Both the position numbers and the translations under genes were made by a program. Shown here piece after piece: positions 1-11,808 of a stretch of DNA of 64,000 nucleotides (position 1 is its first letter; each line of letters starts with the position of its first letter). The stretch comes from Lepidodermella squamata. Its lineage: Eukaryota; Animalia; Gastrotricha. The notes beneath the pieces were generated by a model, which was given only the letters and a program-made list of their open reading frames with translations, searched no databases and had not been told where the DNA came from. The stretch spans positions 558,001-622,000 of the forward strand of contig JBLDXI010000066.1 of NCBI GenBank assembly GCA_047495785.1, given 5' to 3'.

Positions 1-890
1 GTAGTTGGCTCATCGACCCAAATTTGATCGTATTTCATATCGTAGTAGCAATAGTAGAGGTAAAAAACGAAGGTAAACACATTCAAAGTCGCAGTAAAAC
101 TTCCGACTAATTTCATAGTGATACCACCCCTTCCTTCACTCATGCAATTAGACCGGTAAACTAAAGCAGTTTGACCGAGTCGAATTTTAGGAAATTCCCA
201 ATGAAGAATAATCCGGACATTAACAACTTGAAGTAGCTGAAAGAAACAGGATAATGTTGACACGGTTAGGGTGATATTGAATAGGATAACGAATTCAAAC
301 CATTGATACCTGAATTTTCTAGGTAAAACTCTGATTTCAGGGTCGTTGTAATCGTAGAAAGACCTGGTTGCGTATAAATAGAACAGAACCCATGTTGAGG
401 AGAAGAGCAAGGCGGTATTTAGGGTTTGAGTAATAGTCAAACTGACAAAGTTGAAGTAATTTCTCACAAATTTTTGACCAATCATGCAAAACGTGCATAT
501 AGGGTGGATGACACATGAGGCGAGGCAAACTTGCAGCAGAAGTTTAGGCAGCCATAAACAGTATTTAACGCAATCTTGCCATTGTGAAATTTCGAAAATC
601 TGCTCGAATTTTGTCATATTGTTCCAGGTTGGGCCGTTCTCTCTGGGGTTGGGGCATTGATGGGTTTGGCAGTCGGATTGATTGAAAAAGTGGAAGGCAA
701 CCGCGATGATGCAGGGAACTTGGAGCAGACTCAGAATGCTGTTGATAATCGTCAATGCTAGGCCCAGTTTCTGACTTCGGAAAAGAGGAATCTCGATTGG
801 AACCGAAGGGATTCGCGCCCGTTGATTGTTGAGGAGTGCTGATTCAGCTTCCTGGTTGATCCATATTGGTTGGGACGAATCGCTTGCCAT
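1..890 (-). CDS. 8-TM membrane protein family A, paralog 1 (3' end outside window; absent from ORF track)
   Basis: Hand translation from ATG 890 is open to the window edge: MASDSSQPIW...PIEIPLFRSQKLGLALTIINSILSLL...DCQTHQC...QDCVKYC...QVVNVR...LVYRS; same motifs as the other family A ORFs. Confidence 0.85.
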   Translation of the reverse strand, partial: MASDSSQPIWINQEAESALLNNQRARIPSVPIEIPLFRSQKLGLALTIINSILSLLQVPCIIAVAFHFFNQSDCQTHQCPNPRENGPTWNNMTKFEQIFEISQWQDCVKYCLWLPKLLLQVCLASCVIHPICTFCMIGQKFVRNYFNFVSLTITQTLNTALLFSSTWVLFYLYATRSFYDYNDPEIRVLPRKFRYQWFEFVILFNITLTVSTLSCFFQLLQVVNVRIILHWEFPKIRLGQTALVYRSNCMSEGRGGITMKLVGSFTATLNVFTFVFYLYYCYYDMKYDQIWVDEPT

Positions 891-1393
891 AAGGAACTGC
901 CGTTGGTTTAATCCGTTAAAATCCTAAATATAAGGAATTGCTTAGAATCTAGAACGCCTTTTGTCGTTTTGACCCGAGTTGGATCAAAATCTGGCTAAAT
1001 TTCCCTTAAAAGCCTGCTATATCTTTACCTTCCCCTTGCCAAAAGGACGAACGTAATTCGTAGTATGGTAATTGGCGCCCTAATTTAGCGTATAGCGTAC
1101 AATTATCTTGGAGGCTAAACTGTACGTGTTAACAATCCTTACCGCACCTTAAGTATTTACCATCTGAGCACTCCGATGACTAGCGACTATTGTTTCCAAT
1201 GGCTGCCTATTATCCGCCGCGGCCCATCATAGCGATGAGTGTTAGTAGCGTTCATTCACTGCGTCTATTTACTCAAGGCAAGTCACCATCTTATCCTCGG
1301 CTCCTATTCGCAAAAAAATCCCTGGAAAATATACATAGCAGTATCATCATATTACGCATCTTTATTATATTATCATATTGTGAGGAAAAAAAA

Positions 1394-2431
1394 TTAGAAA
1401 TCAAATGTGTGGAAGCCGAAATCAAGCATCCAGGTAATAAAAGTTACACTCGTTATAGAAAATGGGATTTCAATTCGACTGACTCCGGTCCATAGTCCGA
1501 TGAGAAGGGCTGCAAAAGCGCACAAAAGCCCTACAAAACTGATGAGATACGCTGAAATTACAACAATAGAATGTAGGGTGTTTTTCGAATTTGAATCAGT
1601 TGTACTCGGTATAACGGCGTAACATATCAGAGCGTGGTAGATGTAACCGGGTAGCAGAATTTTTGTAACACCTTCAACGCGGTGATCATAATGCCAAAAG
1701 TAGTAGTAATACACGAAATGGCCTAGGAAAGTTATCGGGGCCAGTAGAGCGAGGATACAACTGACAATTTTGAGAAATTTCGAAAATTTTCCACTCCGAC
1801 TCAAAATTAAGGTGGAAGTTTCAAATTCAGTCGAACGGGGTTTTCGAATATTAAAAAGTTGAAAAACAGTAAAAATAGCCGCTGTGAGTGACGTAGCTGT
1901 GGTAAAGCCGAAAATTGAGTAAGAAAAAGCCGGAAATCTATAATCAGGACTTTCCAGCAAGTAGTTGGTCACATACATCAAACAAACTGAACTCAAAAGA
2001 ACAAGGGCAATGTCTCCAATGTGAAGGATGATAAGGGAGAAATGTTCGAAGCGTCTTCGGAATTTCACCTTATCCAGCAGCCAGAAAGTCAAGCAAGCGT
2101 GTAGGATAGCGACCAATAACGGGCAGAGGAGTAGCCACAGCAAACAGTCGCACTTCTGCTTGCATTGGCTCGAATCAGCTTGCGTCCATTTCCGACCCCG
2201 AAAAACATCGAAGTTGTCCTCGTTTCGGTAGCAATCGGTCGCGCAAGTTGACGCGTTGTACAGGCTGAAAGCGATGTGGAATGTTAGAATGATGTGCGGG
2301 AAAGCGATGGAGCAGTTCAAGATTTTCAGTACAATGGATATGATGCGATTTCTGAACATTGCAACAGGCCGCGTGCTAATCGTTGTTGCATTGCTGCAAC
2401 TCGCCTCAATCGCTGCATCGCTGAGAGGCAT
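1394..2431 (-). CDS. 8-TM membrane protein family A, paralog 2 (345 aa)
   Basis: Intronless ORF; likely start MPLSDAA at 2431; PVAMFRN...LKILNC, four-Cys first loop, eight hydrophobic segments, C-terminal WMLDFGFHTF. Confidence 0.85.
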   Translation of the reverse strand: MPLSDAAIEASCSNATTISTRPVAMFRNRIISIVLKILNCSIAFPHIILTFHIAFSLYNASTCATDCYRNEDNFDVFRGRKWTQADSSQCKQKCDCLLWLLLCPLLVAILHACLTFWLLDKVKFRRRFEHFSLIILHIGDIALVLLSSVCLMYVTNYLLESPDYRFPAFSYSIFGFTTATSLTAAIFTVFQLFNIRKPRSTEFETSTLILSRSGKFSKFLKIVSCILALLAPITFLGHFVYYYYFWHYDHRVEGVTKILLPGYIYHALICYAVIPSTTDSNSKNTLHSIVVISAYLISFVGLLCAFAALLIGLWTGVSRIEIPFSITSVTFITWMLDFGFHTFDF

Positions 2432-3499
2432 TTTTTGTTGTAAAATTTGTGCTTGCGATACGTTTTTTTTTATGCTCGAGATAAGGAATAAGAAACTTGT
2501 GCGGCTATTACTGACATCCCGAGGGAGTTGAGCCGAAAACATCGATAACTGTGCCCAGATTAGCCGTCTTGAGCTAAGTAGGCTTGATTTATTGATCACC
2601 TCACTCTACGCAGTTCGTGCTATACAAGTATAAATTCACTGCAGCCCCTAGAGAGAAAAATGCCGTTATAAAAAAAGAAACATGCTATACATATAGTCTA
2701 TAGCAAGTGAAAAGTGGTGGTTGGTAAAATAATGCGGACAATTTTTTAGAAATAAAAAGGCTCATTTTAAATGGAATTTCAAAAAATTAAAAGTGGGTCG
2801 CACATATTTTCTCACTTTTTTTCTTTTTGTGCTTCTGTGAACTATTCGGAAGGAAATCCTTCTCGCAACGGGAAATTAGGATATCATTAAGTTTTATTTC
2901 TCAAGTGCAAGCCGCCCAGCGCAATCCGAATAGCAAAACTATTGAAACTAATGCGCATTATTAGACCTCGCTTGCTCCTGTTTTATTCAATCCTAATAAG
3001 ACTTCGTTCGGGATTTGGAAACACAGCACCTGTCATAAAAGTCTGGAGTACCGTGTGTTTGTATGCGCGATTGCAGCCTGATCATATTTACCGTTATTTG
3101 TTTTATTGGAGCCAGCAGTGCCTGAAATATCTATAGCGCCATCGGGGCGTTTTTATCGCAGTTTAGTACCGCAGCATATAAAACAAAACCCACTGTCTTT
3201 ATTCTATGTTCTAAATCATAAAATCCACGTTGCGGTACCGTGTCTTCATGCAACTGCGATAGAAATTACCGTTCGATTAATGGAATCGAATTAAAGCTAA
3301 GGAATCATGTACCGAGTGAATGTTCTTCCTAGTTGTGCTGTTTTACCAAATCATGAACGACATCGTCGACCCTTATAATGCTTGTTGCATAGCATTTTGA
3401 TTGATTTTTGAAAATGAAGCTAAAAATTGATGTTGCCAAGCTACCATGATTGATGCGAGTTGATAAAGTGGATTCTACAACCCTCCATTTAGGGAGACA

Positions 3500-6400
3500 A
3501 TGAACGAGAAGATACAGAAATTTTCTCTGTTCCTTGGTTTCCTAAACAACAGTTATCAAGAAGTTGTTGATGGCATAGTAAAAAATCTTCTCATACATTA
3601 TGCAATTTTAAATTCAAATGGAAATAGCTCAATTCAGGTATAAGACATCGTGATCTAATAACTCAACAATATATTGGAGTTTATTGCGGGAAATTCAGGA
3701 TTGTGATGGTTTAGTTGTATTCTTCAGCTCATCCTACGCTACTCAAGAGGCTTTTTGGCCTCAAATTGACCTAGCTCATCGGCTCGGGAAGCCTATCCTT
3801 GTCGTAGTGCTTGAGCAAATACACTCCGCCATGACATCCTCAAAATCATGGCTACTAATTGGCGGTCTGGAAAAATATATTTGCTTTGAGAGCTCTGAAA
3901 TCGAGTTAACCGCAAATAAACTCATTAATCGGTTCAAAATTCTGCTGAAACGGAAGCTTATCGATCTGTATGACTTTCCCAAAGTAAATATCGAAGATCT
4001 GCACTACATCGGCGAAACTCTGGTAGTTAAGGCACTGGATCATCTTGGAAGGTTGACGAATTCGCCATCTAATGGTTTGTTAATCCCTAATCTGAGAAAA
4101 ATCTATCCCAATTTTGTTCAGGTTGCTTTGTGATTCACGGCGATGCAATGGTTGGTAAAACGGCTTTCACGTGTTACCTTTTCAAAGATTCCGAGAATCA
4201 GAAGAGAATAGAAAAGTCCTGCGGAATCAGCATCGTTTTCTGGCTCGACTGCGTAAAATGGTGCAAAGACTCGTATAATCCTACTCTCGAATTTCAAGTA
4301 CACAATTCGATTCAATCCATAATGGGAGCTAAATTCAATACAGCACTGCCGTCTAAAACAAGCTTCGGTAACTGCCTATTGATTGCTGACAACGTTAACA
4401 ACGTCGGTCTACTGCAGCCGCTTGCGAGTTTTTGCAAGCCAAAGGAGCTAGCATTTGTTACAGTGATGGACGAGGAGACTTTCGAATCTGCTAGGTCTGA
4501 CGAGGCTGTTTCTGATGACATTCAATGCGGCATGCGAATACCGTTGCTAACTGAGGATGAGTTAGGAACCATGATAGTTGAGCTCAGTGATAATGTTGTG
4601 AAGAAGTCGAAACTTGGCCCTGTGCCAGGACTTTGCGCTGGCCTACCTATCAATGGAAAAATCGCGGCTGAATACTTCAAAGGTTTGCGGAATTCTCGAT
4701 AATTAGACTTTGTATTTCCACTTCTTCCACAGAGATTTCAGAAAACAAATCATCCACTGGTTGCTGTTCAAGGAACAAAGTTGGCCCGAAAGAATCTGAA
4801 GAGCTGAAAGCAAGGCTGGTGAATCCTAACGTCACTCGAGCTGAATGTCTCAACAAGGAAGACCTCCTCGCGTTGAACAGTTCGAACAAATGTATCGACA
4901 TTCCATTCATCAACTTCTTCTATCGCCGGCCTGAAGAACGGGACGTCAAGAATTCGATCAGAGAAATCCTAACTAACCCTGGAAGAATCTTAGTTATATC
5001 CGGCTCGAGTGGGTACGGAAAGTCTACGCTAGCAGCAAAGGTAGTTCGAAGTCTTGCCATCGAAGAAGAGTCAATTTTCTGCATCCTAAGACTAAATTGC
5101 TTCCGACTGAATCGAGATGAAAATCAAGACACGGAGAGCATTAGTAAAGGCCTACTAACGAAGATCAAGCAAAGCGGTGTATTTAAGGAGGAAATGGCAG
5201 GCAAATGGAAGAAGATTGATGACGTAATTGAGCTTGCGAGGACTAGAAATCAGCAAGTTTTGTTCGTTTTCGACAGCTGTAACAACTCAAACTTCCTAAA
5301 GGCGGCACTGCCGAGCCTCAGAAACTCTCCTTGCATCGTGATCAGTCGAAATCCAAAGCTTGTAGAAGAAATGTCTGACAAAAGCATCCACGTCGTTACC
5401 AATCGAGTTTCTGATGAAGTAATCAGTGATTTTCTGTCTGTTCGAAGCGGCATGAAAGACCGATTGAACTCAGTACAGCTTAAAACTATAGCCGAGATGA
5501 GCCATGGATCCTTTCTAGCTGCAAAGTTGATTGCTGGGAAGTTTTACCGGCAAATTTATCCAAATTTGACTATCAAGCGGTTATCAAATGACGAATTCGG
5601 GGAGCTAACGGCCGATTCTGAGGCTAATTGCTCCGAGATGTTCAAAAATGCCCTGGAAGTAATGGATTCTAGACAGAAGTTTGCCTTCTTTCAAATGTCA
5701 CTGCTGGACCCTGAAGAAATATTTCGATACAACGAGCTTGTAAAATTTTGGTGGGGCCTTAAAAGTGGCGGTGCCCTTGGTGCACGATCAGAGTTCATAG
5801 AACAACTCGTTACGATGGGGCTGGTTGAGAAATGCTACGCCCCGAATCGTTATAGACCAAAGGAAATGGAACAAGCTTTCTTCTTACATCCCTTAGTCGC
5901 TGATACTGCCGTAAAATCTGCCCATACCTTCCTGGAAGTGGAGCAAAAAGACATTTCAAGCATAAGATTGATGATCATGTCTCTGTCTGTATGTCCCTCG
6001 AAGAAGGACCTGCACTTCGAGAAGAACATCGGCGAATTTATGTTCAAAATGATTGCTGAAGATCTACCAGAACTTCTCGGCGAGATAATGGCGAAATTTC
6101 CGAAAGACTTTTTTGATAAATTCAACGAAAAATCCGTAAAGGAGCTGTCCGGAGCGGCAATACCAAAACTTCAGGGTGGCGAAAATGGAGAAACAGCCCT
6201 GACAATCGCGGCGAGATGCGGAAATCCTAAGCTGATGAGCATTGTTACGAGGCTTCACTCCAAGGTGGCGAGAATCACCAATCGAAATAACGAAAATGCC
6301 TTGTCGATTGCTATGAAGAACGGCCATAGCATTCAGAGTATTGAAGCTCTGTCAAAAATGGACCCACTTCAGGTCAGAAATTTGAACAAAGACAACGAAA

Positions 6401-7176
6401 GTCTTCTGTTTCAAACTGTGGAAACAGGCGATTTGGAGATGGTTCAACTTCTCGAAAGAAAATGGCCCGATGCTGTGAAAGTTCCGAATACCTTTCATGA
6501 CACCCCTCTGTCACGAGCTGCTGCCCTTGGCCATTCAGAAGTCGTGAGATTCCTCTTAGGAAAATGGCCTCATGCTACTCGGGTTCAAAACCGGAATAAC
6601 GAAACAGCTCTATCTCTCGCAGCTTCTCAGGGTCATATTGATATAGTCGAGCACCTAACTAAAGCATGGCATGGGGCTGTTAGGGTGACCAATTCACAAA
6701 ACGATACCCCTCTTTCCCAAGCTGCTCATAACGGTCATGAAGTAGTGGTCAAGTATCTTACTAAGCACTGGCCGGATACAGCGAGGATTCCTAACAACGA
6801 CCTTGAAACTCCGTTATCTCAAGCTGCAAGCCAAGGCCACTATGAAATTGTGAAGCATTTGTTTGAAATCTTCCCAGATGCGATACGGCATCCTAATAGC
6901 AAGGGAGAAACAGCTTTGGCTTCAGCTGCGACGAACGGACATATTGCTGTTGTCCAATTTCTAGCTGAAAAGTGGCCTGATGGCATAAAAATGGGTGACC
7001 ACAACTCAAACACTCCTTTACACCTCGCTGCAATGAATGGTCACGTTAATGTCGCGAAATTTATATTAGAAAAATGGCCTGAATGTCGTGAAATTCAGAA
7101 CAATAACGGTGAAACTGCTGCTAAAATCGCTGAAAAATCAGGAAATTCAGAACTGAGTAGAATTTTAATGAAATAA
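3500..7176 (+). CDS. TIR-like + NB-ARC + NB-ARC + ankyrin-repeat STAND protein (about 1172 aa, 4 exons)
   Basis: Exons 3500-3637, 3699-4074, 4122-4682, 4733-7176 join in frame through GT-AG introns. TIR-like IQDCDGLVVFFSSSY...LAHRLGKPILVVVLE; P-loop 1 GDAMVGKT, LLIADNV, CAGLPI; P-loop 2 GSSGYGKS, LFVFDSC, IVISRN, LHPLV; about 10 ankyrin repeats (TPLSxAAxxGHxxVVxxL). Exon 1 is the least certain. Confidence 0.8.
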
Positions 7177-7177
7177 A

Positions 7178-8323
7178 TTAATCAAAAACAGGAAATGAGT
7201 GTAGGAAGAAGTCGATTGTCCAGAATAACATGGTGAAGATGCATGAAAAACTAGGTGCGATCAACGCATTGAAATTCGTCTCTTCAGCCGGCAGTTCCAT
7301 CCAAAAGCCAAACAACAGCGCTCCAGTGCAAAGGAACCAAAGAACGGCATTGAAAATGTAGAAGCCATATAACACTCTAGCCTGCCGTAGTGTTTTGTAT
7401 CGGTCTGAAACTGGGATCAACGTCCAGCAAATGGTGCAGTGGTACAGAAACGGCGGTAGGAAAGTTGCTAGTAAGAAACCAGTCGAGCGTTTCCAAGGCT
7501 TCCACCGCCAAGTTTTTTCAACCTCTCTCGACGGATCGTCAATCGAGTGGTAATCGTAGAAAAGGGCCAGCACTAATCCTACGACATTCGCTGTCCCAAT
7601 CAAGCAATGAATGAACTTCGTGCTGTAACCAGCTAGTTTCCCCCTTAACCAATTCTTACGATAAACAAATTCGCTCCTTTTATCCTCAGGGGCGAAATAA
7701 ATTGCAGCAGAAGGTCGCCGTAAATTGATCGATTGAATGATTTGAAATAGGGCTGTTAAAGTATTTAGTCCTATAGTAGATACCAGGAAGATCCAGTATC
7801 TTCGGCCTAATTGAGTCCCATCCAGTGAGAATTTATCTAGGAAATTCTGGCTATTCATAACCAAAACTAAACACCCTGTTGAAACAATCAGCAGAATCGA
7901 GTCGAAAATGTGAAGGACAAAATTGAACTTCATCTCCAGAAGAGTTGATAGCGTAGGATTTGGCGCAACGTAGAGTGATAGGCATAAATGGTAGACTGAG
8001 GCAATGATTGGTAACTGGATTGGCTTGACGATAGAAACACAATCTTCAATGCAGTGTTCGAGATTTTCACGCTGGGCTGATTCCGTCAAGTTACTGTACT
8101 TTCCATGCAAATTGCATTGATTGCTGCGGCATAGCGAAAATCCATATGTGTAAAATGAGGCTAAGACTATAGCTGCTAGGAGTAGGAAAGCGAGAATGCA
8201 GTTGATGACTTTGATGATTGCCCCAAGGATAGGTTTTCGATAGATCGAAACTGGTTTAGCCGGCGGCAATTTCGCCGATTTGGCGAGAGGCCTAACCTCC
8301 TCTACCACAGCATCAGTTTTCAT
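7178..8323 (-). CDS. 8-TM membrane protein family A, paralog 3 (381 aa)
   Basis: PVSIYRK...IKVINCIL, CRSNQC...CIEDC loop, FVYRK second half, WTIDFFLHSFP end. Confidence 0.88.
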   Translation of the reverse strand: MKTDAVVEEVRPLAKSAKLPPAKPVSIYRKPILGAIIKVINCILAFLLLAAIVLASFYTYGFSLCRSNQCNLHGKYSNLTESAQRENLEHCIEDCVSIVKPIQLPIIASVYHLCLSLYVAPNPTLSTLLEMKFNFVLHIFDSILLIVSTGCLVLVMNSQNFLDKFSLDGTQLGRRYWIFLVSTIGLNTLTALFQIIQSINLRRPSAAIYFAPEDKRSEFVYRKNWLRGKLAGYSTKFIHCLIGTANVVGLVLALFYDYHSIDDPSREVEKTWRWKPWKRSTGFLLATFLPPFLYHCTICWTLIPVSDRYKTLRQARVLYGFYIFNAVLWFLCTGALLFGFWMELPAEETNFNALIAPSFSCIFTMLFWTIDFFLHSFPVFD

Positions 8324-8557
8324 CTTTCAGCCGAGCTGCTTATTGGGTATATCTGAATGATACAATAGAGCTTTCTCCTCAGAAAGCCACATGTAGTATG
8401 TCATCCATCATTGAGGTAAACACTCATCCTTTCTAAGCAAAAGCAAATAGGACCACAGGAAATCTTGAAACACGCACGTCTATAGTAAAGTGACTGCAAA
8501 ATGGGTCTTCCCGCAATCAAATATATACAGCATGGTCCTCGTTTTATTGTGCTCTCA

Positions 8558-9922
8558 TCAAAATGGTTTCGTGTCAAAGCAATACAGTCCTGGAAATTTG
8601 TGAAGAGCAAAATCTCCAAACCAGAGTGCTAATTTGAAGCTGATATACACCGCACTCGCAACTTGAACGCCATCCAACGGCTTCGGCATCCCAAGCAGGC
8701 CGAATAGAACGAAACTCAGGCTGAAAGTGTCAATAATAAAGAAGGCAAGGGTGAGTTGGACCTGCATGAAATGTAAATATCGATTTGAAGACGGCAGAAT
8801 TGCAAAGCAAGTCGTTGCGTGCCACATCAAAGCCGGAAAAAATAGCCGTATCGACATATCAACATTGACTTTCATATGCCATCGACCGCGGTTAGGATCG
8901 TACATTTCGTTGAAATGATACAGAAGGAACAAAGTCACGCTTATCAGAGCTAGAATGCATTGCAGCGACTTGGTGAATACTGCAAAGAAAAGAGTCTGCA
9001 GCTTTTTCGGCCGATAAACGAACTTGTTATGAGTCTTGACAGGAAACGTGATGTCCTTAGATATCCAGACTAAATTCACAACTTGCGCAATAACACAGGT
9101 CAAAATCAGGAGTGAAAACGTGAGAGTTAGCGTGAATAGAGCTTTTATCGATAAATCTTGATGAAGGCGATAGGTTAGGTATCCTTTATCCTGAGGAACC
9201 TCCCTTTCACCACTCATCACATTGATATGGATCAAAACACCAGTTGAGATAGCTAAGAAGAGCAAGGTAGAAGCATGATAGGCCAGAATTGCGAAAAATT
9301 CGTTTCGACTATTATAACGGTCCTTCATAACCATGCCGAATGAGAAGCAAAAGTGAATGACGAAGATGATGAGAGGAAATTGAATTTGTTTGATGACTCT
9401 ATCACAAGCATTCTGACAGGTCGTATAATTCCTATCTCTATCGATATTCATCGCAAAAGATTTATTTCGCCAGATTAAGATGGACTCAGTGTCATTGCCA
9501 TTGATTATCAAATCAGCATCGTCGTAATCGTCGTCGTACAGAATGTCATTTTTCCGAGAAGATGGGACTGAGGCCGGAGGTACAGGACTGTCCTGTAAGG
9601 ATAGGTCGAATTCGTTGCGGCAGTCCTTTAAGCAAGTCGAGTCTTTATAGTAGTCGAAAGCAGCTGTGTAGACCAGCACGACTTGAACTAGGCTCATGAG
9701 GCAGTTGAAAGCCTTAATCATAGTCGCGGCTTTGTAATTCCGGTACATTGCGACTGGTTTATTACTCGGCATCGGCTGAATGCTGATTGATGGCGCTGGT
9801 TGCACGTTGATTGTTGCCTCTGAAACAGCTCGAGTTGGGGGCTCGGTGAACAGTTCGAACTGATCTTCAGGCTGGTCATTTGACAGCCGAGAAAATGTGA
9901 ACGTTCTATCCATCGCAAACAT
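8558..9922 (-). CDS. 8-TM membrane protein family A, paralog 4 (454 aa)
   Basis: PVAMYRN...IKAFNCLM, long acidic first loop with N-glycosylation sequons between CLKDC and CQNAC, WFGDFALHKFP end. Confidence 0.88.
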   Translation of the reverse strand: MFAMDRTFTFSRLSNDQPEDQFELFTEPPTRAVSEATINVQPAPSISIQPMPSNKPVAMYRNYKAATMIKAFNCLMSLVQVVLVYTAAFDYYKDSTCLKDCRNEFDLSLQDSPVPPASVPSSRKNDILYDDDYDDADLIINGNDTESILIWRNKSFAMNIDRDRNYTTCQNACDRVIKQIQFPLIIFVIHFCFSFGMVMKDRYNSRNEFFAILAYHASTLLFLAISTGVLIHINVMSGEREVPQDKGYLTYRLHQDLSIKALFTLTLTFSLLILTCVIAQVVNLVWISKDITFPVKTHNKFVYRPKKLQTLFFAVFTKSLQCILALISVTLFLLYHFNEMYDPNRGRWHMKVNVDMSIRLFFPALMWHATTCFAILPSSNRYLHFMQVQLTLAFFIIDTFSLSFVLFGLLGMPKPLDGVQVASAVYISFKLALWFGDFALHKFPGLYCFDTKPF

Positions 9923-10219
9923 TATTGTAGCACAATAAATTTCAGTATTATTTCCCCCTTTAAACCTGATTGTAGTATACTTACTGCATCACGCAATTTT
10001 TATGGCTAAATATCGATTTTTTCGGCCGCTATTACTAATTTACTATTCAGTTGTGGAATTAATTTACTCAACGAGATGGCGAATCGATAAAATATGGATT
10101 TACACTCATTTAGGTGTAATTTTTCAGAAAGCAAGATAAGATAGCAAAATTAGGGGAACGTCACGTTCCAGACGTTCAAAGTGACAAGGAGGCGGAAAAC
10201 ATTATCATTTTACGGAAAA

Positions 10220-11657
10220 ATGGAAACAATAGCTAAACCTTTGATTGTGTCTATGAAAATCGCTGGCATCTTCCCCATTAGGCCAGGATGTACGATTTCG
10301 AAAATTTATGTCTACATCGCTTGTGGCATTACTTGGCTGCAGTTTTTGAGGAATGTCATACTGATTTTCAGCCCACCAGAGGGAGCATTAGTGGGTAGTA
10401 CTGGTCGCAACAAGTTTTTTGTATGGTTCCTGAATAGCTACCTCATGAGTTGCGCCGTCATTCGGACTACTGCTATGTTCTGCTTCGCGACGAAACGCGG
10501 TTACAGATTCAGTGCTGGATTATTCTACGCAATCGATGCTGAAGTTCGAGAAACCTCACCGAAAACGTTTAAAAAGATGAAGTTCCACGCTCTAATTACG
10601 ACATTGCTATTTTGGCTTATTGGCTTCCTAAACTTTGTGCTATCAATGTTTACTGTGGTAACAGCGCGAAGTGCTCAAAATGACATGTTGGCATCCACCC
10701 CAGCTTATTTGTTCGGGTTTAAAGGATTTAACTCTCCGGATGATTTTCAACGAATTTTCTTAGCCCTACCAACTTTTATCGGTTTCTTCTACTCAGATAC
10801 GTCATTGTGCGCGTTGGCCTTCATGGTAAGTCTGGCTTTTGTGCTGGCTCAGAGGTTTTGTATGATCGAGAGGCAAATTCGAAGATTCCCCAACAACAAG
10901 CGGCAATCTATAGGCGACATCTTACTAGCTAGGAAGAGCGTAATAGCTCGTAATGTTGATATCCATAATAGCTCCTCAGAGGAGGAGGAGGATGGAGATG
11001 AAGAATCCGAAGCTGGTTTCTCCATCCCAGACAAGAAGATTGACCTGGAGACTTTGAGACGAAAACACCTACATCTATGTACCTTGACTCGGAAATTAGA
11101 TAGTGTAACAAGCTACGGCGGCTTGACAACTTGCTTTTCAGCTTTCTTCACGATTCTAGTGTCCATGTTTGTCCTGATCTACGACCCTCCCCTTAGCCTC
11201 AATTGGCTACTTCTTTGGTGGCTGTGGCTAGTCGTGAATGTTTTGATAATTATGTTCTACCTATTGGCTGCCGCTCTTTTGAACAGCGCTGCTCATTCCG
11301 TCGTTGACGGCCTGCATAGAATTGAGACGAAATACCTATCTTGCGATTTGAGAACTACGCAACAGATCATGCTGTTCATTAGCCAAGTTAGTGCAGAGCC
11401 GATTGGTATAACCTTGTTCGGAGCGGTTTGCCTTACAAGGGAAAGTTTCCTAACTGTAAGTTCCAAGGTGTGTCGATGATTCAAGCAATTAAAGCAATTG
11501 TTTTTTTCAGCTATTGGGTAGTCTTTTGACCTACTTTCTGATTTTGATGGACTTCTCCGGAGTCTCCCCTGTTTCGGGCCTCGGAACGCCTGAGAACTCT
11601 GCCTTGCTTAATGATAGCATTTCTTCAAATTCTAGTGACTCAATGTTAGACAATTGA
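10220..11657 (+). CDS. Gustatory receptor-like (7TM_7 / 7TM ion channel) protein 1
   Basis: Exons 10220-11455 and 11511-11657 (phase-0 intron); LRRKHLHLC helix, PIGITLFGAVCLTRESFL, last exon LLGSLLTYFLILMDF matching the GR signature TYhhhhhQF. Confidence 0.9.
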
Positions 11658-11808
11658 AATCAGTAAAAGATAAGTGTTTATCTGTTAGAATTCCTTTCTG
11701 TTTATCTGCGGTTTGAGTTAAGATACTGTCAGTTGATAAAAGTCACGAGTGACGCTATAAGGCGGGACTGCTAACCACATTAATGATTCAATAAATTCTC
11801 GTTTTAAA

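Noticed and set aside
2432-2599. N-terminal extension of the 401-aa ORF (likewise 16891-17001 and 10181-10219)
   Set aside because: Start at non-ATG codons and have no counterpart in paralogs; downstream ATGs fit better
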